A stretch of 64,000 nucleotides of DNA from the NCBI RefSeq assembly GCF_044704955.1, contig NC_091995.1, positions 54,808,001 to 54,872,000 of the forward strand, in the 5' to 3' direction. Shown piece after piece: positions 46,533 to 59,257 of the stretch (position 1 is its first letter; each line of letters begins with the position of its first letter). The notes under the pieces are model-generated. The model had not been told where the DNA came from. It worked only from the letters and a program-made list of their open reading frames with translations, and made no database searches. This stretch comes from Pristiophorus japonicus. Taxonomy: Eukaryota. A program made the position numbers and the translations under genes.

Positions 46533-49355
46533 CATCATCATCATCATAGACAGTCCCTCGGAATCGAGGAAGACTTGCATCCATTCTAAACATGAGTCGT
46601 TAAGTGGCTGAACAGTCCAATACGAGAGCCACAGTCCCTGCCACAGGTGGGACAGATAGTCATTTAGGGTAAGGGTGGGTGGGACTGGTTTGCCGCACAC
46701 ATTTTCCGCTGCCTACGCTTGATTTCTGTGTGCTCTCGGCAATGAGACTTGAGGTGCTCAGCGCCCTCCCGGATGCACTTCCTCTATTTAGGGCGGTCTT
46801 TGGCCAGGGACTCCCAGGTATGTAAGGGGTGATTTGCAGGGGGTCAGCTTTCCCTTCTGACCTTATATGAGCGGTTCCGAATCGCTCCCACACCCTTGGT
46901 TCTAGATACTGGAATTATGAAGGGACTGTGACAAACTTGGACAGACAATCGGTTTCAAGGTTGGAAACAGGTATGGCTTTATTGTGTTTAAAAAGAAGTA
47001 AAAGGCACACCTTTAATAACACACACAGACCAATATACACTGAAGGGTACAACACATTGAATAAAATGTCAAATTAAAATCTGTGGGGAAAAGAATACAG
47101 CTTAAACTCTAAATGGGGTAAAGAGGAGAATGCAGATACATTTACACAAGTTATCCCAGCCTTCCCCTCCCTCCCAATTCCCCTAACTAACTAAGTTATA
47201 GCTCTGAGGGTTCAGGGGCTATGCTCACCAATCCCTTTAGACAGTTGCCGGTGAATCACGGTTTCGGGGTTCGCTGATCTTGGCCTTCGAGTCGAGCCGT
47301 ACCCTGGACGGAGGAGAGGACTTCGGACTGCGTAGTCTTCAGTTGGGGTGCGTCCTTTAATGCGGTAAGTTGCGTTTCGGATGTATGGGATAAGTACCCA
47401 CTTTCTTTGGTTTTAGTTAGTCCTTTTAGATAATTTCTCACCTGTTGGCCGTTCAGAAGTAGATTGTAGAGTGGAAATAAATGTCGATTCTTCGGTTTTT
47501 GCGGAGTTGGTTTTGGTTGGTCGTTTCGCTGGTTGTGGTGGCCCGGGTTTGTCAATTTGGTTGCTGACAACCTTCCATTTCGTGGGCCTCGTCTCGGTCG
47601 GTCCTTGACGATTTCTTGTAGGTTCCTTCACGACTCCATTTCTTCACTCCGACTGCTTGTGTCTGTCTGTGTTCTGTTCGTGTCTGTGTTCTGCTCGAGT
47701 CTGTGTTCTGCTCGAGTCTGTGTTCTGCTCGTTGTGTTCTGCTAGAGTCTGTGTGAGTTACAGTCTGTGTTCTGCTAGTTTTTCCTTGTAAAACTGAGAG
47801 ATAGATGGATCCCCAAGAAAAGGCTCCGTTATCTCCCATCAAATCTCTTGGGCTCTGTTTAAACTGTCCATTGATTTTCAAATGTCTCCTTTGTCAGCAG
47901 TAACTCGATGAGGGTGTGAGAATGTGCTATCACTGGTTTTACATTGTTTTAGGATTGTCCAGTTTCCTGACCATGATTTTCATTGTGCTTGATTGGGTAA
48001 TTCGATTATCTCTTCGAGGGTGAATAGCCTGGGGTCCTTAATACACGAATTTGCTTCAGAGGTTGGCCCCACCTCCTGTATTTGGTAACTCTTTTTCGCA
48101 GCCAAAATGTTGTAGAATCTTAAAATTGATATGCTCCTTCCCATAGATGTTTAGGGTATCTCAAGCTTCTGTAATTTAGGTCCATTTTGAATTCCCTTTC
48201 CTATGAGTCCAAATACTGGGGGGGGTGTGGGGGGGTCTCCATGAATGCATCCCCTTTTATCCCCCGCAGGCTTCGTCTGCCCCTTTAAACTCATTTTAAA
48301 AGCCCAGAAAGGGATTTTTCTCCTCTGTAGGGGAAAGGTAACTGGAATCTTTGCGAGATATTGGTAAATTCTACAGGTGTCAGTGGGGATGTTGCACTTT
48401 ATCAGGGAGGCTTTGAGGGTGTCCTTATAACGTTTCCTCTGCCCACCTTTGGCTCGTGTGCCGTGGACGAGTTCCGAGTAGAGCGCTTGCTTTGGGAGTC
48501 TCGTGTCTGGCATGCGAACAATGTGGCCTGCCCAGCGGAGTTGATCAAGTGTGTTCAGTGCTTCAATGCTGGGGATGTTGGCCTGGTCGAGGATGCTAAC
48601 ATTGGTGCGTCTGTCCTCCCAGGGAATTTGCAGGATCTTGCAGAGACATCGTTGGTGGTATTTCTCCAGTGACTTGAGGTATCTACTGTACATGGTCCAT
48701 GTCTTTGAGCCGTACAGGAAGGTGGGTATTACTACAGCCCTGTGGACCATGAGTTTGGTGGCAGATTTGAGGGCCTGATCTTCAAACACTCTTTTCCTCA
48801 GGCAGCTGAAGGCTGCTCTGGTGCACTGGAGGCGGTGTTGAATCTTGTTGTCAATGTCTGCTCTTGTTGATAAGAGGCTCCTGAGATATGGTCCACGTTG
48901 TCCAGGGCCGCGCTGTGGATCTTGATGACTGGGGGGCAGTGCTGTGCGGCAAGGACAGGCTGGTGGAGGACCTTTGTCTTACGGATGTTTAGCGTAAGGC
49001 CCATGCTTTTGTACACCTCAATGAATACATTGACTATATCCTGGAGTTCAGCCTCTGTGTGCACAGACGCAGGCGTCGTTCGCGTACTGTAGCTCGACGA
49101 CAGAGGTTGGGGTGGTCTTGGACCTGGCCTGGAGACGACGAAGGTTGAACAGGTTCCCACTGGTTCTGTAGTTTAGTTCCACTCCAGCGGGGAGCTTGGT
49201 GACTGTGAGGTGGAGCATGGCAGCGAGGGAGATTGATCAGAGGGTTGGGGCGATAACACAGCTCTGTTTGACCCTGGTTCGCACGTGGATTGGGTCTGTA
49301 ATGGATCCGTTAGTAAGGATCACGGCTTGCATGTCGTCGTGGAGCAGGCGGAGGA
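46533..49355 (-). mobile_element. 5'-truncated RTE-clade LINE with a (GAT)n tail, interrupted by a solo LTR at 46821-48375
   Basis: (CAT)5 on + at 46533-46547. RT and C-terminal peptides 'GVKQSCVIAP', 'LQYANDACV', 'DQLRWAGHIVRMPDTRLPKQALYSEL..GGQRKRYKDTLKASL'. 'PTDT|WESLA' rejoins across the LTR. Confidence 0.88.
46821..48375 (-). mobile_element. Long (1555 bp) solo LTR, copy 1
   Basis: TGTA...TACA termini and a 4-bp TSD GGTA/GGTG that restores the RTE frame. AATAAA on - at 46978-46983. Homologous to 49576-55804. Short internal tandem repeat at ~47660-47780. Confidence 0.8.
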
Positions 49356-49362
49356 AGTCTTA

Positions 49363-49575
49363 TGTACATGTACCCTATTTCTGAGTACAGGTACCCCATC
49401 TCTGTGTACATGTTCTCTTTCTCTGTGTACATGTTCTCTATCTCTGTGTACATGTACTCTAACTCCGGTCACATGTTCTCTATATGTGTACATGTTCCAT
49501 GTTGCTGTGCACATGTACCCTAGCTCTGTGTACATGTACCCTAACTCTGTGTACATGTTCCCTATCTCTGTGTAC
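49363..49575. repeat. 21-bp minisatellite, segment 2
   Basis: About 10 tandem units of the same GTACATGTAC-core repeat. Confidence 0.85.
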
Positions 49576-49774
49576 TGCAAGATTCCAAAATTCATGGAAA
49601 CCCCCCAGTGTTTGGACTCATTGAAAAGGAAATTCGATTTAGGACTATTAAGCAGAAAGTTTGGGATCCTAAAATGCTGATGGAAGAAATCTACGGGTTT
49701 TAACCAAATTTGGGATTTTAAAAAGGTGATTGTTGGGTCTGTGAGAAAAGGGCTGCAAGAAAAGGGGTGGATTC

Positions 49775-49981
49775 TATTGTGTTCGTAACACAGATGAGGC
49801 TACATACAGGGAGGTTAAAGTAACAGTGACCTCAGTCTTTAATAAGACACTCCAGAGGAACAGGCCTTAGGGGACGGCTTATATACAGTGCTCCCAGGGA
49901 ATGCTGGGATCCCTTGGGACTTCAGGGGATGAGCTCCCTGGTGGCGGAACATGGGAGTACATGCTTTACAGATACACAACA
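49775..49981 (-). repeat. 3' LTR of the host Gypsy element
   Basis: Direct repeat of 54383-54593, preceded on - by a polypurine tract. Confidence 0.9.
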
Positions 49982-50014
49982 TCACTCTCCCCCCAAAGTC
50001 AAAGTGAAAACTAT

Positions 50015-51689
50015 TTACAAGGTGAGGCGGTCGGGAGCCTTTCTTTCCCTGGTGGACCGCCTCGGTACAAATGTCTGTTCTGGTGTGTTGGCTGTGCCCT
50101 CGCTGGGCTGGCATGTTGTTGGCCTTGTAGGACTGCGACGTGAGCCTGGCCTTGCTGGGCTGTTGGGCGTGATGGGTTCGATTTCCTGGTCCGGTGTGGT
50201 GTCGTTGATCCTTTGGGTGTGTGTTGTGGGCTCGAAAAAGGTGGTGTCTGCTGTGGGTTGTTCAGGGCAGTCTGTGAACCGCAGCCTCGTTTGCTCCAGG
50301 TGCTTTCTGCAAATTTGTCCATTGTCTAGTTTGACTACAAACACCCTACTCCCTTCTTTAGCTATCACCGTGCCCGCGATCCACTTGGGACCATGTCCAT
50401 AGTTAAGCACATACACCGGGTCATTCAGATCAATTTCCCGTGACACAGTGACGCGACCATCGTTTACATTTTGTTGCTGTCGCCTGCTCTCTACCTGATC
50501 ATGCAGGTTGAGGTGAACCAGCGAGAGGCTGGTTGTAAGTGTCCTTTTCATGAGTAGCTCAGCCGGGGGCATCCCTGTGAGCGAGTGGGGTCTCGTGCGG
50601 TAGCTGAGCAGTACTCGGGACAGGCGGGTTTGGAGTGAGCCTTCTGTGACTCGTTTAAGGCTCTGTTTGATTGTTTGTACTGCCCGCTCTGCCTGCCCAT
50701 TGGAGGCTGGTTTAAACGGGGCCGAGGTGACATATTTGATCCCATTGCGGGTCATGAATTCTTTAAATTCGGCACTGGTGAAACATGGCCCGTTGTCACT
50801 GACCAGTCTGTAAGGCAGGCCGTGGGTGGCAAACATGGCCCTCAGGCTTTCAATGGTGGTGGTGGCGGTGCTTCCCGACATTATTTCACATTCAATCCAT
50901 TTTGAAAAAGCATCCACCACCACCAGGAACATTTTACCGAGAAACAGGCCCGCATAGTTGACATAGATCCTCGACCATGGTCTGGAGGGCCAGGACCACA
51001 AACTTAGTGGTGCCTCTCTGGGCACATTGATCAACTGAGCACATACGCTGCATTGCCGTACACAGGACTCTAAGTCAGAGTCGATACCGGGCCACCACAC
51101 GTGGGATCTGGCTATCGCTTTCATCATTACTATACCCGGGTGTGTGCTGTGGAGATCCGAGATGAACGTCTCCCTGCCCTTTTTTGGTAGCACTACGCGG
51201 TTACCCCACAACAGGCAGTCTGCCTGAATGGACAGCTCGTCCTTTCGCCGCTGAAACGGCTTGATAGGCTCTTGCATTTCAACGGGGATGCTGGCCCAGC
51301 TCCCATGCAGTACACAGTTTTTTACTAGGGACAGCAGAGGATCTTGGCTGGTCCAAGTCCTAATCTGGCGGGCCATGACAGGTGATTTATCATTTGTAAA
51401 CGCTTCCATGACCATTAACAAGTCTGCGGGCTGCGCCACCATCAACAAGTTTGCAGGCTACGCCATTTCCACCCCCGTGGTGGGCAATGGTAGCCGACTG
51501 AGAGCATCCGCACAGTTCTCAGTGCCTGGCCTGTGGCGGATGGTATAGTTATATGCTGATAGCGCGAGTGCCCACCTTTGTATGCGGGCTGAGGCATTAG
51601 TATTTATCCCCTTGTTTTCAGCGAACAGGGATGTGAGGGGCTTGTGATCTGTTTCCAGCTCAAATTTGAGGCCAAACAGGTACTGATGC
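50015..51689 (-). pseudogene. Gypsy pol remnant: RNase H C-terminus plus integrase (ORF 50015-51448)
   Basis: 'TDHKPL', 'ADALSRL', HHCC zinc finger (LHSTHPG..CSVC), catalytic core YVNYAG / SDNG / AERAV with the first Asp changed to Asn. Stop codon inside a 27-bp duplication near 51410-51465. Confidence 0.85.
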
Positions 51690-53204
51690 TGTCATGTATT
51701 CAACCAGTATTACAGTCTGGACAAATAGAGACCCGCTATTGTCTCTAGTCAAGAAATGTGTCCTGAATGGGGACTGGGCAGCCACGTACAGGGCATGCCC
51801 TGAAGAATTTAAACCATTTCACAGGCGCAGGTATGAACTCTCGATTCAGGCCGATTGACTACTGTGGGGAAACCGTGTAGTCATGCCCCAGATGGGCAGA
51901 GAGGTGTTCATCAGAGAACTCCACAATGAGCACCTGGGCATTGTCACGATGAAGGCAATTGCCAGGTCACACGTTTGGTGGCCAGGGATAGACGCAGATC
52001 TGGAACTTTGTGATCGCAGGTGCAACACGTGTGCTCAGCTGGGCAACACACCCAGGGAAGCCCCCCTTAGCCCCTGGTCCTGGCCGCCAAGCCTTGGTCA
52101 CGCATCCATGTGGACTACGCAGGTCCTTTCATGGGAAAAATGTTTTTGGTTGTAGTAGACGCCTACTCCAAATGGATCCAAATGTGACATTTTAAATTCA
52201 AGCACATCCTCTGCCACGGTAGAAAGTCTACGGGCAATGTTCGCCTCCCACGGTCTACCGGACATCTTGGTCAGCGACAGTGGCCCATGCTTTACAAGCA
52301 TTGAATTCCAGGACTTCATGGCAGGCAATGGAATTAACCATTTCAGAACGGCACCGTTCAAGCCGGCCTCAAACGGCCAGGCAGAACGAGCAGTGCAGAT
52401 AATCAAACAGGGATGCTCAGAATCCAAGGGGTTTCCCTACAAAACCGTTTATCACGCCTCCTATTGGCCTACAGATCCCGACCACACTCACTCACAGGGG
52501 TTCCACCCGCAGAGCTGCTGATGAAAAGGACGCTCAAAACCCGGTTATCCCTTATACACCCCACCATGAAAGAAATTGTCGAGAGCAGGCGCCAGTCACA
52601 ATATGACTACCATGACAGGAATGCGAGGGCGCGATGTATTGATGTAAATGACCCTGTTTTTGTCCTCAACTACTCTGCAGGGCCCAAATGGCTCGCAGGC
52701 ACTGTGACTGCCAAAGAGGGAAATAGGATTCTGGTAGTTAAACTTAGCAATGGACAAATCTGCCGCAAACATGTGGCTCAAACAAAAAGGAGGTTCAGCA
52801 ACCCCATAGAAGAAGCAGAGGAAAAACACGATATAGAGTTCACTCCACCACAGGTGACCGAACACCGGAACCAAGTGGAGGAGAGCCCAGTCACTGTGGG
52901 CAGTCTGGACAGGCCTGAGGCACCGCAAACAGCAGACACTCAGGCCAGCGCCCAACAACCGGAGCCCCAACTCAGGCGCTCTACAAGGGAGCGTAAACCA
53001 CCAGAGAGACTTAACCTGTGATCCCAATAAGACTTTGGGGGGGAGGTGATGTCATGTATTCAACCAGCATTGTAACCCATGTATAATCTGACCTAAGTTG
53101 TACACTGTGAGAACAATGACCACTAGGTGGTGAACTTGTGGGAGACACTCCTAATCTGGACCTTCAGAGATAAAAGGGGAAGCTCCACCCACTTCCATCA
53201 CTTG
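51690..53204 (+). mobile_element. Second, related Gypsy element nested in opposite orientation (5' LTR stub, frameshifted integrase, PPT, truncated 3' LTR)
   Basis: TGTCATGTATTCAACCAG at 51690 and again at 53050 after PPT GGGGGGGAGG. Integrase pieces 51883-52155, 52237-52521 and 52413-53021 ('ARSHVWWPGID', 'LVSDSGPCF', 'RRSTRERKPPERLNL'). Confidence 0.85.
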
Positions 53205-53207
53205 GAA

Positions 53208-54350
53208 GTGCATCGTGTCCTCGTAGGTGACTTTGACCATGGTGCTGCCCAGGACAGTGATAAGCTCTTTGGTGTACGTTCTCAGTTTCGTGTGGATGGG
53301 GCTCAATGCCTTGTTGCACCACAGTCTCTCAAACATCTTTTTACTCATAATGGATTGGCTAGCGCCAGTGTCCAGTTCCATGGCTATGGGTAAGCCATTC
53401 AATTTTACGTTTAGCATTATAGGTGGACATTTCATCGAAAATGTGTGCACCCCGTGTACTTCAGCATCTGCCTCCTCTCTCTGAGGCTTGAAATTGCTTT
53501 GATCTACTATGGACCGATCTTTCTCTGCCACATGGTGGTTAGCAGGTTTTGCAGAGCTTGCAGCTCGTTGGAGGTGCCCCATTGTTCCACAGCTCTTGCA
53601 AACATACCCTTTTAAGCGGCATGAATAGGCTGAATGGAAGCCTCCATAACGCCAAAAAGGTGTGAATTGCCTTGCATTTATCCTTTCTTGGGGACTCTGA
53701 GTCATCTGGGTCACCCGAGGCCTGCTGGCAGTTGCAGACTCATGGGTTCTGCCCTGTACATTTCTGCTCGCAAACACAGTTCCAGTTAATTTATGAACAT
53801 TGCTAGCACTTGTGTGCTGAGAGATTTGATGGGTTTTATCCCTGGTGGATATAAACGCCTGTGCTATCGCAATGGCCTTACTGAGGGTCGGTGTCTCTAC
53901 AGTCAAAAGTTTTCGTAGGATGGTCTCGTGGCCAATGCCCCGTACAAAAAAGTCTCTGAGCATTTGCTCCAGGTAGCCATCAAACTCACATTGTCCTGCA
54001 AGTCGCCTTAGCTCGGCGACGTAGCTCGCCACTTCCTGACCTTCAGATCGCTGGCACATGTAGAACTGATACCTCGCCATCAGCACGCTCTCCCTCGGGT
54101 TAAGATGCTCCTGAACCAGTGTACACAGCTCCTCATACAACTTATCTGTGGGTTTCACCAGAGCCAGACGATTCTTCATGAGGCTGTAGGTCGGTGCCCC
54201 GCAGACCGTGAGGAGGACTGCTCTCCTTTTTGCAGCGCTTCCTTCTCCATCCAGCTCGTTGGCTACAAAGTACTGGTTTAGCCATTCGACATAGGCTTCC
54301 CAGTCCTCACCCTCCGAGAACTTCTTCAGGATGCCCACAGTTTGCTGCAT
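53208..54350 (-). pseudogene. Gypsy gag-protease ORF, truncated by the nested element
   Basis: Gag 'LRRLAGQCEFDGYLEQMLRDFFVRGI', degenerate zinc knuckle 'CKSCGTMGH', aspartic protease 'ELDTGASQSIM'. The last ~18 codons of ORF 53151-54350 run into the guest LTR. Confidence 0.85.
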
Positions 54351-54382
54351 CTTTGCGTTGTATTCGTATACTCGTCGCCAGT

Positions 54383-54593
54383 TGTTGTGTTCCTAACACA
54401 GATGAGACTGCACACAGGGAGGTTAAAGCAACAGTGACCTTAGTCTTTAATAAGACATTCCAGAGTGAGGAACAGGTCTTAGGGGCCGGCTTATATACAG
54501 TGCTCCCAGGGGATGCTGGGATCCCTTGGGACTTCAGGGGATGAGCTCCCTGGTGGCGGAACATGGGAGCGCATGCTTTACAGATACACAACA
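54383..54593 (-). repeat. 5' LTR of the host Gypsy element
   Basis: TGTTGTG...CACAACA inverted termini, followed on - by the PBS. Confidence 0.9.
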
Positions 54594-55849
54594 GGTTCAA
54601 CCTCTAAAAGGACAGTTTGGATATTGGAGCTAATCAAGCTGTCTGGGGACATTTGAGTTAATGAAATTGTCTGGGGAACTGTTTACCCTCGAAACCTGCC
54701 CCTAGAAGACATTTGCATTCCAACAATCGATCCGAGGAAGTACAGTTTCAATCCAAGCACAAAAACCCATCCAACACATGCATAATGCTAATCACTTTTT
54801 CCGGCCTGCATAGAAAGCTGGGAGCCAGGCAGAGAACTCGACACCAGAAGCTAACTTTAACAATTGTGACTCGAAACCCACAAATAATTCCAGCAATTGA
54901 CACATTTTCAATCAAGTTACCAGTAACGAGCCCGCCAAAACTTAAACAAAGAACCGGGCTTGATTTGGCGCACAGATAAGGAAGCCTCTCAAAGTATAAT
55001 TGAGGCCCTGTTTTACAGTCAGTAGGTTATTCACAGGCTACCATAAACCATCATAGCGAAGACAGAAGAAGTCGGTCTTCAGTGACCTCGGACATCATCA
55101 GACACGTCGCGGCATCAAGAGCTTCATGAAACCATCAATGAACCACTAGCAACAACCAACTCGGTAATATTGAGACACGGCGACCGACAGATTTCGACCA
55201 GCAGCAACTTGGAAGAAACCCAAAGATTCGAAATTTTCCACTCTACAATCTGTTCCTGACCTACCAACAGGTAAGACTTTACCTAAAGTAACCTAAAACC
55301 CTACCTCTGCAGGAGAAAAGTGGGTACTTATCCCATAGATCCAAAACACGCCCGACCGCATCAGCGGACACAACCCAACTGAAGAAAACGCAGTAAGAAG
55401 TTCTCTACCATGTTCGGGGTACATCAAGCAGAAACTACCAGGCCCAGCGAACCCCGAAATGGCGAACCACCGTTAACTGCAACAGGATGGATTGGTGAGC
55501 ATTATCCCTGTTGCCCTAGAGTCTAACTTAGCTAGAAAGTGGGATAGGGAGGTGGGAGGTGTTCTTCTGCTGTATCTCTTTTTGTGCATGTATTAAAGTG
55601 TTCCCCATTTTGAGATTGTAAGATTTTGACATACAATGAATATTGTAATTTTCTTTTCTTGAATAAAATCAAAGTTTCTTGCACCAAAACTAGTTGTCTG
55701 CTGCACTTTGTCACATTCCTAAATAAATCCAGAGTCCAGAATCGAGGGATTCGAACCGCTCAGAAGGTCAGAGGTGAACCTGACCCCCAACACCACTGCC
55801 TAGAGTACATGTACCCTAACTTTGAGTACATATACACTATCTCTGTGCA

Positions 55850-56208
55850 CATAAGAACATAAGAAATAGGAGCAGGAGTAGGCCACCTGGTCCCTCGGGT
55901 CTGCTCCGCCATTTAATATCATGGCTAATCTGATCATGGATTCAATTCCACTTCCCTGCTCGCTCCCCATAACCCTTTACTGCCTTATCGCTCAAAAATC
56001 TGCGTATCTCCGCCTTAAATATATTCAATGACCCAGGCTCCACAGCTCTCTAGAGTAGAGAATTCCATAGATTTACAACCCTCTGAGATGAAATTCCCCC
56101 TCATCTCAGTTTTAAATAGGCAGCCCCTTATTCTGAGACGATTTCCACTAGTTTTAGTTTCCTCTATGAGTGGAGATATCCTCTCTTCATCCACCTTGTC
56201 GAGCCCCC
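55850..56208 (-). mobile_element. Short 5'-truncated CR1 LINE (3' end only)
   Basis: CATAAGAA tandem tail on +. Homologous but diverged relative to 56342-56700. Confidence 0.8.
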
Positions 56209-56341
56209 TCTGTACATGTACCCTAACTTTGTGGACATGTTCCCTATCTCTGTGTACAGGTACACTAACTCTGTGTACATGTTTCCTATCTCTGTGTACA
56301 GGTACCCTAACTCTGTGACCATGTACCCTAACTCTGTGTAT
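56208..56341. repeat. 21-bp minisatellite, segment 4 (segment 3 is 55805-55850)
   Basis: About 6 units of the same repeat. Confidence 0.8.
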
Positions 56342-59257
56342 ATAAGAACATAAGAATTAGGAACAGGAGTAGGCCATCTAGCCCCTCGAGCCTGCTCCGC
56401 CATTCAACAAGATCATGGCTGATCTGGCCGTGGACTCAGCTCCACTTACCTGCCCGCTCCCCATAACCCTTAATTCCCTCATTGGTTAAAAATCTATCTA
56501 TCTGTGATTTGAATACATTCAATGAGCTAGCCTCAATGCTTCCTTGGGCAGAGGATTCCACAGATTCACAACCCTCTGGGAGAAGAAATTCCTTCTCAAC
56601 TCGGTTTTAAATTGGCTCCCCCGTATTTTGAGGCTGTGCCCCCTAGTTCTAGTCTCCCCGACCAGTGGACACAACCTCTCTGCCTCTATCTTGTCTATCC
56701 CTTTCATTATTTTAAATGTTTCTATAAGATCACCCCTCATCCTTCTGAACTCCAACGAGTAAAGACCCAGTCTACTCAATCCATCATCATAAGGTAACCC
56801 CCTCATCTCCGGAATCAGCTGAGTGAATCGTCTCTGTACCCCCTCCAAAGCCAGTATATCCTTCCTTAAGTAAGGTGACCAAAACTGCACGCAGTACTCC
56901 AGGTGCGGCCTCACCAATACCCGACAGTTGCAGGAGGACCTCCCTGCTTTTCTACTCCATCCCTCTCGCAATGAAGGCCAACATTCCATTCGCCTTCCTG
57001 ATTACCTGCTGCACCTGCAAACTAACTTTTTGGGATTCATGCACAAGGACCCCCAGGTCCCTCTGCACCGCAGCATGTTGTAATTTCTCCCCATTCAAAT
57101 AATATTCCCTTTTACTGTTTTTTTCCCAAGGTGGATGACCTCACACTTTCCGACATTGTATTCCATCTGCCAAACCTTAGCCCATTCGCTTAATCTATAT
57201 AAATCTCTTTGCAGCCTCTCTGTGTCCTCTACACAACCCGCTTTCCCACTAATCTTTGTGTCATCTGCAAATTTTGTTACACTACACTCTGTCCCCTCTT
57301 CCAGGTCATCTATGTATATTGTAAACAGTTGTGGTCCCAGCACCGATCCCTGTGGCACACCACTAACCACCGATTTCCAACCTGAAAAGGACCCATTTAT
57401 CCCGACTCTCTGCTTTCTGTTCGCCAGCCAATTCTCTATCCATGCTAATACATTTCTTCTGACTCCGCATACTTCTATCTTCTGCAGTAACCTTTTGTGT
57501 GGCACCTTATCGAATGTCTTTTGGAAATCTAAATACACCACATCCATCGGTACACCTCTATCCACCATGCTCGTTATATCCTCAAAGAATTCCAGTAAAT
57601 TAGTTAAACATGATTTCCCCTTCATGAATTCATGTTGCGTCTGCTTGATTGCACTATTCCTATCTAGATGTCCTGCTATTTCTTCCTTAATGACAGTTTC
57701 AAGCATTTTCCCACTACAGATGTTAAACTAACCGGCCTATAGTTACCTGCCTTTTGTCTGCCCCCTTTTTTAAACAGAGGCGTTACATTAGCTGCTTTCC
57801 AATCCGCTGGTACCTCCCCAGAGTCCAGAGAATTTTGGTAGATTATAATTAATGCATCTGCTATAACTTCCGCCATCTCTTTTAATACCCTGGGATGCAT
57901 TTCATCAGGACCAGGGGACTTGTCTACCTTGAGTCCCATTAGCATGTCCAGCACTACCCCCCTAGTGATAGTGATTGTCTCAAGATCCTCCCTTCCCACA
58001 TTCCTGTGACCAGCAATTTTTGGCATGGTTTTTGTGTCTTCCACTGTGAAGACCGAAGCAAAATAATTGTTTAAGGTCTCAGCCATTTCCACATTTCCCA
58101 TTATTAAATCCTCCTTCTCATCTTCTAAAGGACCAACATTTACTTTAGTCACTCTTTTCAGTTTTATATATCTGCAAAAGCTTTTACTATCTGTTTTTAT
58201 GTTTTGCGCAAGTTTACCTTCGTAATTTATCTTTCCTTTCTTTATTGCTTTTTTAGTCATTCTTTGCTGTTGTTTAAAATTTTCCCAATCTTCTAGTTTC
58301 CCACTAACCTTGGCCACCTTATACGCATTGGTCTTTAATTTGATACTCTCCTTTATTTCCTTGGTTATCCACGGCTGGTTATCCCTTCTCTTACCGCCCT
58401 TCTTTTTCACTGGAATATATTTTTGTTGAGCACTATGAAAGAGCTCCTTAAAAGTCCTCCACTGTTCCTCAATTGTGCCACCGTTTAGTCTGTGTTTCCA
58501 GTTTACTTTAGCCAACTCTGCCCTCATCCCACTGTAGTCCCCTTTGTTTAAGCATAGTACGCTCGTTTGAGACACTACTTCCTCACCCTCAATCTGTATT
58601 ACAAATTCAACCATACTGTGATCACTCATTCCGAGAGGATCTTTTACTAGGAGATCGTTTATTTTTCCTGTCTCATTACACAGGACCAGATCTGAGATAG
58701 CTTGCTCCGTTGTAGGTTCTGTAACATACTGTTCGAAGATACAATCCCGCATGCATTCTATGAATTCCTCCTCCAGGCTACCCCCCGTGCGATTTGATTT
58801 GACCAATCGATATGTAGGTTAAAATACCCCATGATTACTGCCGTTCCTTTTTCACATGCCTCCATTATTCCCTTGATTATTGCCCGCCCCACCGTGAAGT
58901 TATTATTTGGGGGCCTATAAACTACGCCCACCAGTGACTTCCCCTTACTATCTCTAATCTCCACCCACAATGATTCAACATTTTGTTCATTAGAGCCAAT
59001 ATCGTCTCTCACAACTGCCCTGATATCATCCTTTATTAACAGAGCTACCCCACCTCCCTTCCTTTCTTGTCTATCTTTCCAAATTGTCAGATACCCCTGT
59101 ATGTTTAATTCCCAGTCTTGGCCACTCTGCAACCACGTTTCTGTAATGGCCACCAAATCATACCCATTTATAATGATTTGTGCCGTCAACTCATTTACTT
59201 TATTTCGAATGCTGCGTGCGTTTAGGTAGAGTGTTTTAATACTAGTTTTTAAACCAT
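56342..59257 (-). mobile_element. CR1 LINE with near-complete but frameshifted ORF2 (APE endonuclease + RT)
   Basis: 'LYLNARSIRNK..DLVAITETWL..GGGVALLIK..YRPP..SDH' (APE); 'GNYRPVSLTS..YLDFQKTFDKVPH..SGVPQGSVLGP..KFADDTK' (RT); 'LVRPHLEYCVQFWSP..RNFFSQRVVNLWN'. ATAAGAACATAAGAA tail. Four ORF pieces. Confidence 0.93.

Larger units (their letters stand above)
49775..54593 (-). mobile_element. Ty3/Gypsy LTR retrotransposon, defective (RT deleted, second Gypsy nested)
   Basis: LTRs at 49775-49981 and 54383-54593 differ by ~13 substitutions and one 4-bp indel by eye. TSD GATTC/GGTTC, PBS TGGCGACGAG (54371-54380, tRNA-Ser-like), PPT GGGGGGAGAG beside the 3' LTR. Gag-protease and integrase ORFs are in Gypsy order. 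Confidence 0.92.
49576..55804 (+). mobile_element. Long (~1.4 kb) solo LTR, copy 2 of the same family, interrupted by the Gypsy element at 49775-54593
   Basis: Starts TGCAAG and ends CCTAGA (decayed ..TACA). Exact 4-bp TSD GTAC (49572-75 / 55805-08). Both ends and the 55220-55560 interior align to the reverse complement of copy 1. AATAAA at 55662. Confidence 0.78.

Noticed and set aside
55271-55312. 42-nt intron joining two LTR reading frames
   Set aside because: Too short for normal vertebrate splicing. If the donor and acceptor are real, they would pair with other sites.
49775-59257. Active or domesticated retroelement genes
   Set aside because: The Gypsy lacks RT and its integrase has the first catalytic Asp changed to Asn. 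CR1 ORF2 has several frameshifts. Nothing indicates preservation.
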